Assembly: GCA_017616735.1 (NCBI GenBank)
Contig: JAFZXP010000078.1
Span: forward strand, 6,630 to 70,629
Source: Bacteroidales bacterium
Lineage (GTDB): Bacteria; Bacteroidota; Bacteroidia; Bacteroidales; F082
Direction of reading: 5' to 3'
Length of the DNA stretch: 64,000 nucleotides
Shown here: positions 9,085 to 17,222 of the stretch, piece by piece
How positions within the stretch are numbered: the stretch's first letter is position 1
How the letters are laid out: every line of letters starts with the position of its first letter
Notes under the pieces: generated by a model
Seen by the model: the letters and a program-made list of their open reading frames with translations, nothing else
What the model was told of the DNA's origin: nothing
Databases searched by the model: none
Position numbers and translations under genes: made by a program

Positions 9085-9945
9085 TCAATATTTTTGAGTT
9101 TTAATTTTACGATAAACACCGAACAGTAGCAGAGCTGAAACGATGATTTCAGTATACAGAGCTACATTCATCCAGATGAATATCATGCGTTCGATGAATT
9201 CAGTGACATTGTTTTCGTTTATCTGATTAAAATATTCGATCAGAGCTTCATTGTTAGCCACATAGTTGATAGAAATTATCATTATTATGATAGCCAGCAG
9301 AATCAGTATTCCAATCATTTTGCCGGTTTTACGCTTCTTGAAAATCATGTTACCGAACATAAAGATTGAAGACAATGTCAGCAGACCAAGCAGGCTTAAA
9401 ATCCTCAAGAAAGTTGGAGACAGGTTTTTGACAAAAATTGGCCATGTGTCATCTAACAATCCAGCAACATCATGATTTGCAATGCTACTGTCAATCTGCG
9501 CGAATTCATTGAAATAATAGGTTGCCGCGAATCCTTCGTATGGTCCGTTGAAGAGGGCGAGTATGCTGTCGATTGCGAGTGCGCCCGCTACATATACTAT
9601 AGGTGTGACAATGACGCAGTAAATCACCATGCTGAGGAACTTCTCAAGTGTGGATGCCGGCAACATGGCGTAGCCGATTCCCTTGCGAGAGTCGTTGCAA
9701 TATTGGTAAAGTCTGGCTGGCGCTATGATGATGGCGATTTTTGTGAGAGTTTCGATGATATTGATTCTTCCGAATGCATCGAAAACATTCTTGGTGCCGT
9801 CAGTTGGCATGAGGCTGGTGAACAAGTAAATCACTACCGGAATGGCCCATAAAATAGCCAAAGACAGGATGAGATTCGGGAAGAAATTCAGTCCGTCGCG
9901 ACGTAGGACTTTGCCGAAACGTTTGATATCTAATGTGTTGTTCAT
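9085..9945 (-). CDS. Multi-pass membrane protein, putative permease partner of the adjacent ABC ATPase
   Basis: At least 6 hydrophobic helices. ATGA start/stop overlap with the ABC ATPase gene upstream. No family motif recognised. Confidence 0.6.
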   Translation of the reverse strand: MNNTLDIKRFGKVLRRDGLNFFPNLILSLAILWAIPVVIYLFTSLMPTDGTKNVFDAFGRINIIETLTKIAIIIAPARLYQYCNDSRKGIGYAMLPASTLEKFLSMVIYCVIVTPIVYVAGALAIDSILALFNGPYEGFAATYYFNEFAQIDSSIANHDVAGLLDDTWPIFVKNLSPTFLRILSLLGLLTLSSIFMFGNMIFKKRKTGKMIGILILLAIIIMIISINYVANNEALIEYFNQINENNVTEFIERMIFIWMNVALYTEIIVSALLLFGVYRKIKTQKY

Positions 9946-10808
9946 TTCATTAAGTTTTTGATGGTTTCTTTATTCTTCATTACCGCATTGAACAGCGCCT
10001 CGATGTTGACGTTGCTCTCCAAATGTTCTGTGTTTGGCATCACGTTGATGTAGCCGCCAGGCAGCATCTCGGTGTAGTAGGCGTTCTGCAGTCTCTCCGG
10101 ACCGTATTCAAAATAAATCTTGTCGATGATCTCAGCAAAGCTGGCGTTCAAAAGCACATCGTCGCGGTCTAAAATCACGATAGGGTCGATGAGGTTCTCG
10201 ACGTCTTTTACCTGATGGGTCGAGATGATGACTGTTGTATCGTCGCTGCAATATTGTGAAATCACCTTGCGGAACAGGGCTTTCGAAGGGATGTCGAGGC
10301 CGTTGGTAGGCTCGTCAAGGAAGAGATAGTCGGTTTGCAACGACATGGCGCATGCCAGCAGGGCTTTCTTCTTCTGTCCGTGCGATAGCTCGTTGAATTT
10401 CTTGCTCAAATCAACTTCAAGCTCTTTCATGAGCTGGTTGAAGAGCGCGAAATCATAACGAGGGTAGAATACTCCGATTTTCTGGACGAATTTCTCAGGT
10501 GTGGTGTCCTCGGTAATCACTTCCTCAGGAAGGAAGTAGACGTTTTGCAGAAACTGCGGCTGACGTTCTGATGGGATGAGCCCATCCACTGTCACGCTGC
10601 CGTGTTGTGGCTTTTGCAGACCGCATATTAATTTTAATAAGGTGGTCTTGCCAACGCCGTTTTCGCCCAAAAGTCCGTAGATGTTGCCCTTCGGGAATTC
10701 CAGGCTGATGTTTTTGAAGACTTGCGTGTTTTTGTAAGCGAAGTCTAAATTATTGATTTTAATCATGTTATATAAAATTTGTTGTCGTTTTACCTCTGTA
10801 TTAGTCAT
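9942..10808 (-). CDS. ABC transporter ATP-binding protein
   Basis: Walker A GENGVGKTT, signature LSHGQKKK, Walker B LFLDEPTNGLD. Alternative start ATG 10766 (MIKINNLDFAYKN) is at least as plausible as 10808. Confidence 0.85.
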   Translation of the reverse strand: MTNTEVKRQQILYNMIKINNLDFAYKNTQVFKNISLEFPKGNIYGLLGENGVGKTTLLKLICGLQKPQHGSVTVDGLIPSERQPQFLQNVYFLPEEVITEDTTPEKFVQKIGVFYPRYDFALFNQLMKELEVDLSKKFNELSHGQKKKALLACAMSLQTDYLFLDEPTNGLDIPSKALFRKVISQYCSDDTTVIISTHQVKDVENLIDPIVILDRDDVLLNASFAEIIDKIYFEYGPERLQNAYYTEMLPGGYINVMPNTEHLESNVNIEALFNAVMKNKETIKNLMK

Positions 10809-10819
10809 CTAATACACTG

Positions 10820-10827
10820 CAAAAATA
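10820..10827 (-). promoter_or_regulatory. Candidate -7 box TATTTTTG for the ABC/GntR operon
   Basis: 11 nt upstream of ATG 10808 and 53 nt upstream of ATG 10766. Confidence 0.45.
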
Positions 10828-10856
10828 CAACAAATTTTTTACATGTCAAGAAAAAA

Positions 10857-10881
10857 ATGAAAATTTTTGCAAAATTTTCAT
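10857..10881. promoter_or_regulatory. Perfect 11-bp inverted repeat, candidate operator upstream of the YtrA-type ABC operon
   Basis: ATGAAAATTTT-TGC-AAAATTTTCAT, 30 nt upstream of the operon's -7 box (10820-10827). Confidence 0.4.
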
Positions 10882-10882
10882 T

Positions 10883-10930
10883 TTAGCCATTAGCCATTAG
10901 CTGTTAGCCATTAGCCATTAGCCATTAGCC
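10883..10930. repeat. Heptamer array TTAGCCA x7 (one unit is TTAGCTG)
   Basis: Read directly. Lies in the divergent promoter region between the ABC operon and the nuclease gene. Confidence 0.9.
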
Positions 10931-10977
10931 GGTTTGGGGAAATATGAAAAATCTTTTGGCAAATTAAAATAAATCCG

Positions 10978-10985
10978 TAAATTTG
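10978..10985 (+). promoter_or_regulatory. Candidate -7 box TAAATTTG for the nuclease gene
   Basis: 48 nt upstream of ATG 11034. Confidence 0.4.
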
Positions 10986-10998
10986 TAGCTTATTTAAA

Positions 10999-11030
10999 AA
11001 TCTTTAAATCTTTGAATCTTTAAATAAATC
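10999..11030 (+). repeat. Octamer array AATCTTTA/AATCTTTG x3 plus AATAAATC in the nuclease 5' leader
   Basis: Read directly. Lies between the TAAATTTG box (10978-10985) and ATG 11034. Confidence 0.8.
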
Positions 11031-11033
11031 TAG

Positions 11034-14000
11034 ATGAAACGATTTTACATTTTTATTTTCCTGCTGGTTGCTGCTATTTGGCTTCAAGCACAGAATATTC
11101 CTTCGGGCTATTACAACAATGCGGCTAATAAGACTGGTGACGAGTTGAAATCGGCATTGCATGATATTATTGACAATCATACAACAATCACCTACGCCCA
11201 GGTTTGGAATGCTTTCCAAAGTACCGATTTGAAATCAAATGGCAAGATTTGGGATATGTATTCTGATATTCCGAATGGGACACCTCCTTATGAATATACC
11301 TATGGTCAAAACCAATGCGGCGAGTATGACAGCGAAGGTGATTGCTACAATCGTGAGCACTCATGGCCAAAGAGCTGGTTTACAGGTGATGAGAACTCGG
11401 TTCCTGGACGCGACCTGCACCATATATTCCCAACCGACGGCTATGTGAATCAACTAAGGGGTAACAATCCTTTTGGTGAAGTGCAGACAGCCTCACAGAC
11501 TTTTCAAAATGGTTCAAAATTGGGCACTTGCAAATCATCGCTTGGTTATTCTGGCACAGTGTTCGAGCCTATTGACGAGTATAAAGGCGATTTCGCCCGT
11601 GCCTATTTCTATATGAGTGTGCGCTATTATGGAGAAGACAGCAATTGGGGAAGCTCAGGTATGACTAACAAATCTGAAATCCTGCCTTGGGCAATGACAA
11701 TGCTATTACGTTGGAATAAAGAAGACCCTGTTTCACCAAAAGAAATAAACAGAAACAACGCCGTTTATAATATTCAGGGCAACCGCAACCCGTTTGTCGA
11801 CAATCCTGAATATGCCGATATGATTTGGGATCCGAACTATCAAGATGTGTTCGAAGGCACATTTGCGCAATACACGGCTGATATCGTGGAAGGTGATTAT
11901 ATCATAATCTATAATGGCCATGCACTGACAAACACGATTTCAAGCAATAAACTTACAAGTACTAATGTGACACCACAAGATGGTACTATAACAAATCCTT
12001 CTCGTTCAATAGTCTGGCATATCGCTAACATATCAAATACATCATACTGGACAATCAAGAATGAGGCGGTTAACAAATATGCTGCCGGTACGACTACAAA
12101 AAATAACATGGCATTAATATCAGACATAACTGATATGGCAAAATGGACGCCATCACGCTCAAATAATGTGTTTGAATTTGAAAACTATGGAAGAAGTCAA
12201 CAAAGTCAAGATTCAGGAAACAAATGGTTGAGATGCAACACTGATAATAACAATGCATGGGCACCTTATACTACGCAAACTGGTGGCTCGCTAACTCTAT
12301 ATAAATATACGCCACTGGAGTATGCCTATTCAATCAACGGTGTGTTATATGAGGCGACACAAGTGGCACCAGGCACATCTATTACTCTGGAATCGGGTGA
12401 AGATTTGAATGATGATTACACATTTGCAGGTTGGACCGATGATTTAAGCGATATCGAAAACAATATTCATGCAGTTGGAGAATCGTATCAGATTAATAAT
12501 AATGTTGTGCTTTATGCTATTTATGCCCATACGGTTAGCGGCACTCCAGTAACGACTTACAATAAGGTCACAACCACTCCTTCAGATTGGAGCGGTGAGT
12601 ATTTGATTGTTTGTGAAAACAATTCTGTAGTGTTCGATGGTGCCTTGACATCATTGGATGCTGGTAATAATGTTATTACTAATGTTTCCATAAAGAATGG
12701 TGTTATTAATTCAACTAATGCTCTTAATGCAGCTACATTTACAATCGCAAAAGTTACTAATACTAATTTCTATTCAATAAAGAATCAAAATAACAAGTAT
12801 ATTGGTTGGTCAAGTTCAAGTAATAATGGTTTAACTGCAGGTAATAGTGTGTTGAGCAATGCAATATCATTACAAAGCAATGGAAATCAAATTTTAATAC
12901 AAGGAACAAATAATAATGAGACAATAACAAAGTATTTAAGATTTAATTCAGCTTCAGGTGATAACAATTATAGATTCCGTTATTATAATTCCAACACTTC
13001 TAATACACAAGACATACAGCTTTACAAGAAAACTACTACAACTCCAACAGTTACAACATATTACATCCAAGTACGGGAATTACCCGCAGGCAACACTGAG
13101 CTGGCAAGCATTACCATAGCCGACATGATCACAGTCCCGAATGGTGCAGTTCTGAGCATTACTGGCAATAGTTCGGGCGATGTTGATAACCTCGTAATTG
13201 AAAATGGAGGCCAAGTTATAGTCGCTAATGGTGTAACTGGCGTTAAAGCTACTGTCAGAAAATCAGTTACAGGATGGACAGGCTCAAAAGGCGATGCCGA
13301 CGGATGGTATGCTATCTCTTCTCCGGTAAATAATGCATCTATTGCAAGTTTCGTAAAAGGCGGCGCTAACGGACACAATGTGTATCGTTATGTTGAAAAA
13401 TCAAATTATTGGAATGAGTATAGAGGCGAAGTGAACGCGACACTTGGTACCATTCAATTTGAAAACCTGACAAACGGTATTGGCTATCTATACCGCTCGA
13501 TAGAATCGGGTTTGGAGTTTAAGGGTGACGTGAATGCCGGTAATGCAAACGGAGAAGTGCCGTGTAGTCTTTCGTACGAGAATTCAAATGCTAATTTACT
13601 GGGATTCAATTTCTTGGGCAATCCATTTACGCATGAGATCACAATGGATAATTTAGTTTTCAACAATGTATATACTGACGGCTTTTATCTGTTGGGTGAA
13701 GAAGATGGGGAGTACAAAGGCAAATGGATTGTAAGTACATCAACTACCAGAATAGCACCGATGCAGGCATTCCTGGTTCAAGCAAAAGCCGAAAATCCTA
13801 CAGTGACAATCAAGAATTCAGCAACACCTTCACGTGTCGGGAAAAACGCCGGCAACAACATCATGTTAGCTGTCAGTGATGGTCAGCACAGCGATGAGAC
13901 CTACATCTACCTCAAGGAAGGGCATGGGCTCAATAAGGTTGAGCACCGCAACCCTGAAATCCCGCTGCTGTATGTCGTCAAAAACGGCGAGAATTTTGCC

Positions 14001-14450
14001 ATCGCCGACATGGAATGTAACACCAAAATAGTCAATCTGGGCTTCAAGGCGAAAACCATAGGCCAATATACATTGAGCCTCAAGACTGATGGCGACTTCT
14101 CATATCTGCATCTCATCGACCGCATGACCGGCGACGATATGGATATGCTTGTTGAAAACAGCTACACATTCATCGGCACGCCAAAAGATAAGAGTGACAG
14201 ATTTGTAATGAAACTCAAATATCAAGGCGGTGATGATTCTGAAGAGGATGTTTTCGCTTATCAAAATGGCAACGATATCATAGTCGACGGCACTGGCGAG
14301 CTGCAGGTGTTTGACATGATGGGACGTGTGGTTTCAACGCAGTCTGTTAATGGCGCGGGGACGCTGAATGCATCGTCTATGCCGACTGGCGTATACATCT
14401 TGCGATTGATGGGAGACGATATAAAAACTCAAAAAATTGTTGTTAAATGA
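11034..14450 (+). CDS. Extracellular endonuclease I family nuclease, multidomain T9SS cargo
   Basis: Signal peptide. Endonuclease I motifs NREHSWPKSWF and DLHHIFPTDGYVNQLRGNNPFG (aa ~21-270). Two related ~140-aa modules, a Listeria-Bacteroides repeat (DYTFAGWT...VLYAIYA), and T9SS CTD (VFDMMGRVV...GVYILRL...KIVVK). Confidence 0.8.
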   Translation: MKRFYIFIFLLVAAIWLQAQNIPSGYYNNAANKTGDELKSALHDIIDNHTTITYAQVWNAFQSTDLKSNGKIWDMYSDIPNGTPPYEYTYGQNQCGEYDSEGDCYNREHSWPKSWFTGDENSVPGRDLHHIFPTDGYVNQLRGNNPFGEVQTASQTFQNGSKLGTCKSSLGYSGTVFEPIDEYKGDFARAYFYMSVRYYGEDSNWGSSGMTNKSEILPWAMTMLLRWNKEDPVSPKEINRNNAVYNIQGNRNPFVDNPEYADMIWDPNYQDVFEGTFAQYTADIVEGDYIIIYNGHALTNTISSNKLTSTNVTPQDGTITNPSRSIVWHIANISNTSYWTIKNEAVNKYAAGTTTKNNMALISDITDMAKWTPSRSNNVFEFENYGRSQQSQDSGNKWLRCNTDNNNAWAPYTTQTGGSLTLYKYTPLEYAYSINGVLYEATQVAPGTSITLESGEDLNDDYTFAGWTDDLSDIENNIHAVGESYQINNNVVLYAIYAHTVSGTPVTTYNKVTTTPSDWSGEYLIVCENNSVVFDGALTSLDAGNNVITNVSIKNGVINSTNALNAATFTIAKVTNTNFYSIKNQNNKYIGWSSSSNNGLTAGNSVLSNAISLQSNGNQILIQGTNNNETITKYLRFNSASGDNNYRFRYYNSNTSNTQDIQLYKKTTTTPTVTTYYIQVRELPAGNTELASITIADMITVPNGAVLSITGNSSGDVDNLVIENGGQVIVANGVTGVKATVRKSVTGWTGSKGDADGWYAISSPVNNASIASFVKGGANGHNVYRYVEKSNYWNEYRGEVNATLGTIQFENLTNGIGYLYRSIESGLEFKGDVNAGNANGEVPCSLSYENSNANLLGFNFLGNPFTHEITMDNLVFNNVYTDGFYLLGEEDGEYKGKWIVSTSTTRIAPMQAFLVQAKAENPTVTIKNSATPSRVGKNAGNNIMLAVSDGQHSDETYIYLKEGHGLNKVEHRNPEIPLLYVVKNGENFAIADMECNTKIVNLGFKAKTIGQYTLSLKTDGDFSYLHLIDRMTGDDMDMLVENSYTFIGTPKDKSDRFVMKLKYQGGDDSEEDVFAYQNGNDIIVDGTGELQVFDMMGRVVSTQSVNGAGTLNASSMPTGVYILRLMGDDIKTQKIVVK

Positions 14451-14731
14451 TTAAAATGGGAGAAATTGTTATGAAAAAGATGTTTTTGACACTGGCACTT
14501 TTAATGAGTTTGAATGTTTTTGCCCAGCGCAATGACGAATTCTTCCATGCTGACGAATATATGTATGGCAACAGAATCAGCAATCCGAATGAAGTGTTGT
14601 ATTTGCCGACGTTGGGAATTGGCTCAATAAACAACGAGCCCGCGCCTTTAGGCAACGGGCTGTTGATTATAAGCGCCCTTGGTATTTTATATACCGTTGG
14701 GAAATCGAAAAATCGTACGAAACGGAATTAA
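14447..14731 (+). CDS. Small secreted/anchored protein: signal peptide plus C-terminal P-x-G-x-G-LLI transmembrane segment and basic tail
   Basis: ATGA overlap with the nuclease stop. Likely real start ATG 14471 (MKKMFLTLALLMSLNVFAQ). C-terminus EPAPLGNGLLIISALGILYTVGKSKNRTKRN. Similar to the N-terminal 100 aa of the 26239 gene. Confidence 0.55.
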   Translation: MIKMGEIVMKKMFLTLALLMSLNVFAQRNDEFFHADEYMYGNRISNPNEVLYLPTLGIGSINNEPAPLGNGLLIISALGILYTVGKSKNRTKRN

Positions 14732-14735
14732 TATA

Positions 14736-14816
14736 ACTCCAAACTATGCAAAAAGCCGCAGGCTAATTATTTCAGCTAACGCTGGTGTCTGCTATTTTTT
14801 GCATAGTTTTTCGTCT
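14736..14816. repeat. Hairpin element related to the 142-bp repeat (shared arms, different apex)
   Basis: ACTCCAAACTATGCAAA ... TTGCATAGTTTTTCGTCT. The 14-bp stem AAACTATGCAAAAA/TTTTTGCATAGTTT (14741-14754 / 14796-14809) lies between convergent gene ends. Confidence 0.75.
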
Positions 14817-14825
14817 TTAGGCTTA

Positions 14826-15515
14826 TTATTTCTTGATACTCAAAATCACGCCCAGTGCTACGCCTAATGCTGCGGCAAACAGCACCTGCAGGGTACCTGG
14901 CAGCAGGAATGTGATGGTGTGGGCCGGATACCAGAACAGCGGGATGGTTTTCTTGAAAACGAAGCCGTACTGAATGTTCCAGTTGATCTTCTCGGCCATT
15001 GTCTGCTGAATGTTAAGCGGGCTGCTGAAGAAACCTTTCAAAGTGCCGCCGGTTTCGGCGATATGGATATCGGTGATTTTGTGGAATGTCATGAAAACCG
15101 GTGCGAACAGAGTGTTCATCAGCACGCTCACGCATAAAGCCACGAAGAATTTGCCCCAGCTTAGCTTGCCTGCAAACCATACCGCCGCTTTGCCGTTTAG
15201 ATGGAAGCCGCCGTCCAGCAGTCGTACGGTTCCTGTTTTGAAAATGGTCATTGCCGATGCGATGACAACGCCCAGCACGCCCCAAATCAACAATTTCGGC
15301 AGAAGTCCGAAGCCTTGTTTAATGTACACACCTTCTTTAATTCGCAAAGAAAGCATCTCGCCGAATGTTCCCAAAATGGCGAATTTGAAGAAACTCATCA
15401 GCAAACCGTGTTTGGCGGTTGCCTTGATAAACCAATCCCATGCTCCCGGGATAAATGCGAAACCGCAAATAACTACGGCTATCACAATAATTGTAATTTT
15501 GTCTGACTTTTTCAT
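14826..15515 (-). CDS. Integral membrane protein of unknown function, last gene of the CotH operon
   Basis: 229 aa with about 6 predicted helices. 1-nt gap to the upstream CotH gene. No family recognised. Confidence 0.6.
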   Translation of the reverse strand: MKKSDKITIIVIAVVICGFAFIPGAWDWFIKATAKHGLLMSFFKFAILGTFGEMLSLRIKEGVYIKQGFGLLPKLLIWGVLGVVIASAMTIFKTGTVRLLDGGFHLNGKAAVWFAGKLSWGKFFVALCVSVLMNTLFAPVFMTFHKITDIHIAETGGTLKGFFSSPLNIQQTMAEKINWNIQYGFVFKKTIPLFWYPAHTITFLLPGTLQVLFAAALGVALGVILSIKK

Positions 15516-15516
15516 T

Positions 15517-17220
15517 TTATTTGTTGTTTCTTGATTTCTTTACTAATAAAAACACAATTCCCGCCACAGCCAACGCCGACAACGACACTATCAGCCATAA
15601 CACGAAATTGCTGCCGCTTTCGGCTTTGGAGCCGCTCGTTTTGCCTGATAACAGGGGAGACTCATCCATCATTTTCAGGTATGTATCGACACGTTCCTTC
15701 AGGAAACTGTCAATCAGATTGTTGCCGTCTTCCCAGGCCTTAATTGACGACGGATAGCCGAAGCGGTGTTTTTGGTCGGCTATGTGCGGACGCAGTGCTT
15801 CCTCAATTTCGTGAAAGATAGGGTAGGTGCTGTTGTATTTGAACATCCCGTTACATAATTCCTTGGCACGAGACTTGAATTCTTTGCGGAAGTGCTTGTT
15901 TTGCAACAGTTTGCCAAACAAAAGCTTAGCCTGCGGATAGTTGAGCCAGTCGGACGGTTCCTCATACACCGCGGCGTTGGTAAACACGTCGAAGTCTTTT
16001 TTGATGATGGTGGCGTCACCGTCAAAGAATATCCAGCGCCACTTGCCGTCTTGTTCCTGCCACAAACGTGTGTTGTTGCCTGGCCAGTCGAAGTTGCCTA
16101 CAAAGGTTTGAAACACCATATAGTCGATATAACAGTGCATGTCGATGATGTCACAGGCCTGCGTGTACGTCGCTTCATCTGTAAGGTCGGCGTTTTTAAA
16201 CCACTTCATCATCTGTTTGAAACCATTGTCGTTGCCATGCTCCAGCTCGCCTTTCCAGCTGCCGATGATGTTAATGTTGTCTGCCGCCACCTCGCAGTGA
16301 TCTTCCAGAAAACGGTCGTCGGTCTTCTCCTGAATGAAATAAATGCCCCAATATTCTCCATTCAGATAAAGCTGTACCGGACGGCAGTTGGGCGCTTCTA
16401 TGTCAAGCTGCAGAGCCATTTTGTTGCTGACATAATCCTGCACTCCCGAATAAGGCCAAAACGAAGCAAAAGGCTTTAGTATCAGATGCTTGTAACTGGT
16501 TAAATCGCTGTCCTTGAAGAACTCGTGCTTGAATTTTTTCTTGCCATATTCCGAACGCGCATAAATCTTCATGCCTTTGGCCGGCTGGCGACGCGAACGG
16601 TTGCCGTGGGTGCGCAGTCCGCACATCTGATTGATGCCGCTGTTGTCGTTGGGTTCGTAAAACTCCACATTGGCCGGGCGTTCCCATTTGCTGCCATGTT
16701 GGTAGTAATTGCCGGTGTGGTCGGGCTTGTCGGCTCTCCAATTGATGCCTCTGACAAAGATGCCTGTTTCCTCGTTGAACAAATCATCGTAGTCGGCGCA
16801 CACCGACACAACAGCCATGCCATGACTGTCGGCTCCCAAACTGCGTATCAAATATGTGTTGGTGGCGACATCGCCTATCAAATTTTCTTTGCTGTCGAAA
16901 AGAGCGGCGCGAATCACTATGGCATGCCTGACTGAATCCGGAACATAAACCATATTGTCCGGCGATATTTGAATTTTGTAGATGTCGGCTGTAGAGTAGA
17001 GGCTTGGGTCGAGTTTTAAAGGCTTTTTGTAAAGAGCGGAACTCGCAGTCGGTGTGTTGCCGTCGATAGTATATCTGATGTGATAATCCTTGTCGCAGGA
17101 AAGTATCAAATCAATACTATCGTCATAGAATCCGCCATTTTGAGAAAAATCCACCTTTTGCGCTAACACTATGGTCGGCAACTGCCAGAGAAATAACAAT
17201 ATGAACAACAATCTCTTCAT
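15517..17220 (-). CDS. CotH kinase family protein, C-terminally membrane-anchored
   Basis: Signal peptide. N-terminal chitobiase/Fn3-like module (GGFYDDSIDLILSC...IRYTIDGNTP). CotH core (LYLNGEYWGIYFIQEKTDDRFLEDH, NNTRLWQEQDGKWRWIFFDGD). C-terminal helix FVLWLIVSLSALAVAGIVFLLVKKSRNNK. Confidence 0.8.
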   Translation of the reverse strand: MKRLLFILLFLWQLPTIVLAQKVDFSQNGGFYDDSIDLILSCDKDYHIRYTIDGNTPTASSALYKKPLKLDPSLYSTADIYKIQISPDNMVYVPDSVRHAIVIRAALFDSKENLIGDVATNTYLIRSLGADSHGMAVVSVCADYDDLFNEETGIFVRGINWRADKPDHTGNYYQHGSKWERPANVEFYEPNDNSGINQMCGLRTHGNRSRRQPAKGMKIYARSEYGKKKFKHEFFKDSDLTSYKHLILKPFASFWPYSGVQDYVSNKMALQLDIEAPNCRPVQLYLNGEYWGIYFIQEKTDDRFLEDHCEVAADNINIIGSWKGELEHGNDNGFKQMMKWFKNADLTDEATYTQACDIIDMHCYIDYMVFQTFVGNFDWPGNNTRLWQEQDGKWRWIFFDGDATIIKKDFDVFTNAAVYEEPSDWLNYPQAKLLFGKLLQNKHFRKEFKSRAKELCNGMFKYNSTYPIFHEIEEALRPHIADQKHRFGYPSSIKAWEDGNNLIDSFLKERVDTYLKMMDESPLLSGKTSGSKAESGSNFVLWLIVSLSALAVAGIVFLLVKKSRNNK

Positions 17221-17222
17221 AA

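Noticed and set aside
10883-10930. Heptamer arrays considered as CRISPR arrays or as coding repeats
   Set aside because: A period of 7 nt with no spacers is incompatible with CRISPR (repeats of about 24-48 nt plus unique spacers). Every frame contains stops, so they cannot encode peptide repeats.
11004-11219. 71-aa minus-strand ORF over the start of the nuclease gene
   Set aside because: It is antisense to the signal-peptide and endonuclease I region and would start inside that gene. No motif.
14736-14816. Hairpin elements considered as integron attC sites
   Set aside because: The ends do not fit the RYYYAAC/GTTRRRY core pattern (TCCAAAC and GTTTTCC deviate at several positions). No integrase or cassette-like gene array is present in the window.
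15010-15534. 174-aa plus-strand ORF (and 15201..15506) opposite the 229-aa membrane protein gene
   Set aside because: The minus-strand product has regular transmembrane helices and sits 1 nt from the CotH gene in the same operon orientation. The plus-strand products look like translated antisense (Pro/Ser/Lys-rich, no helices).
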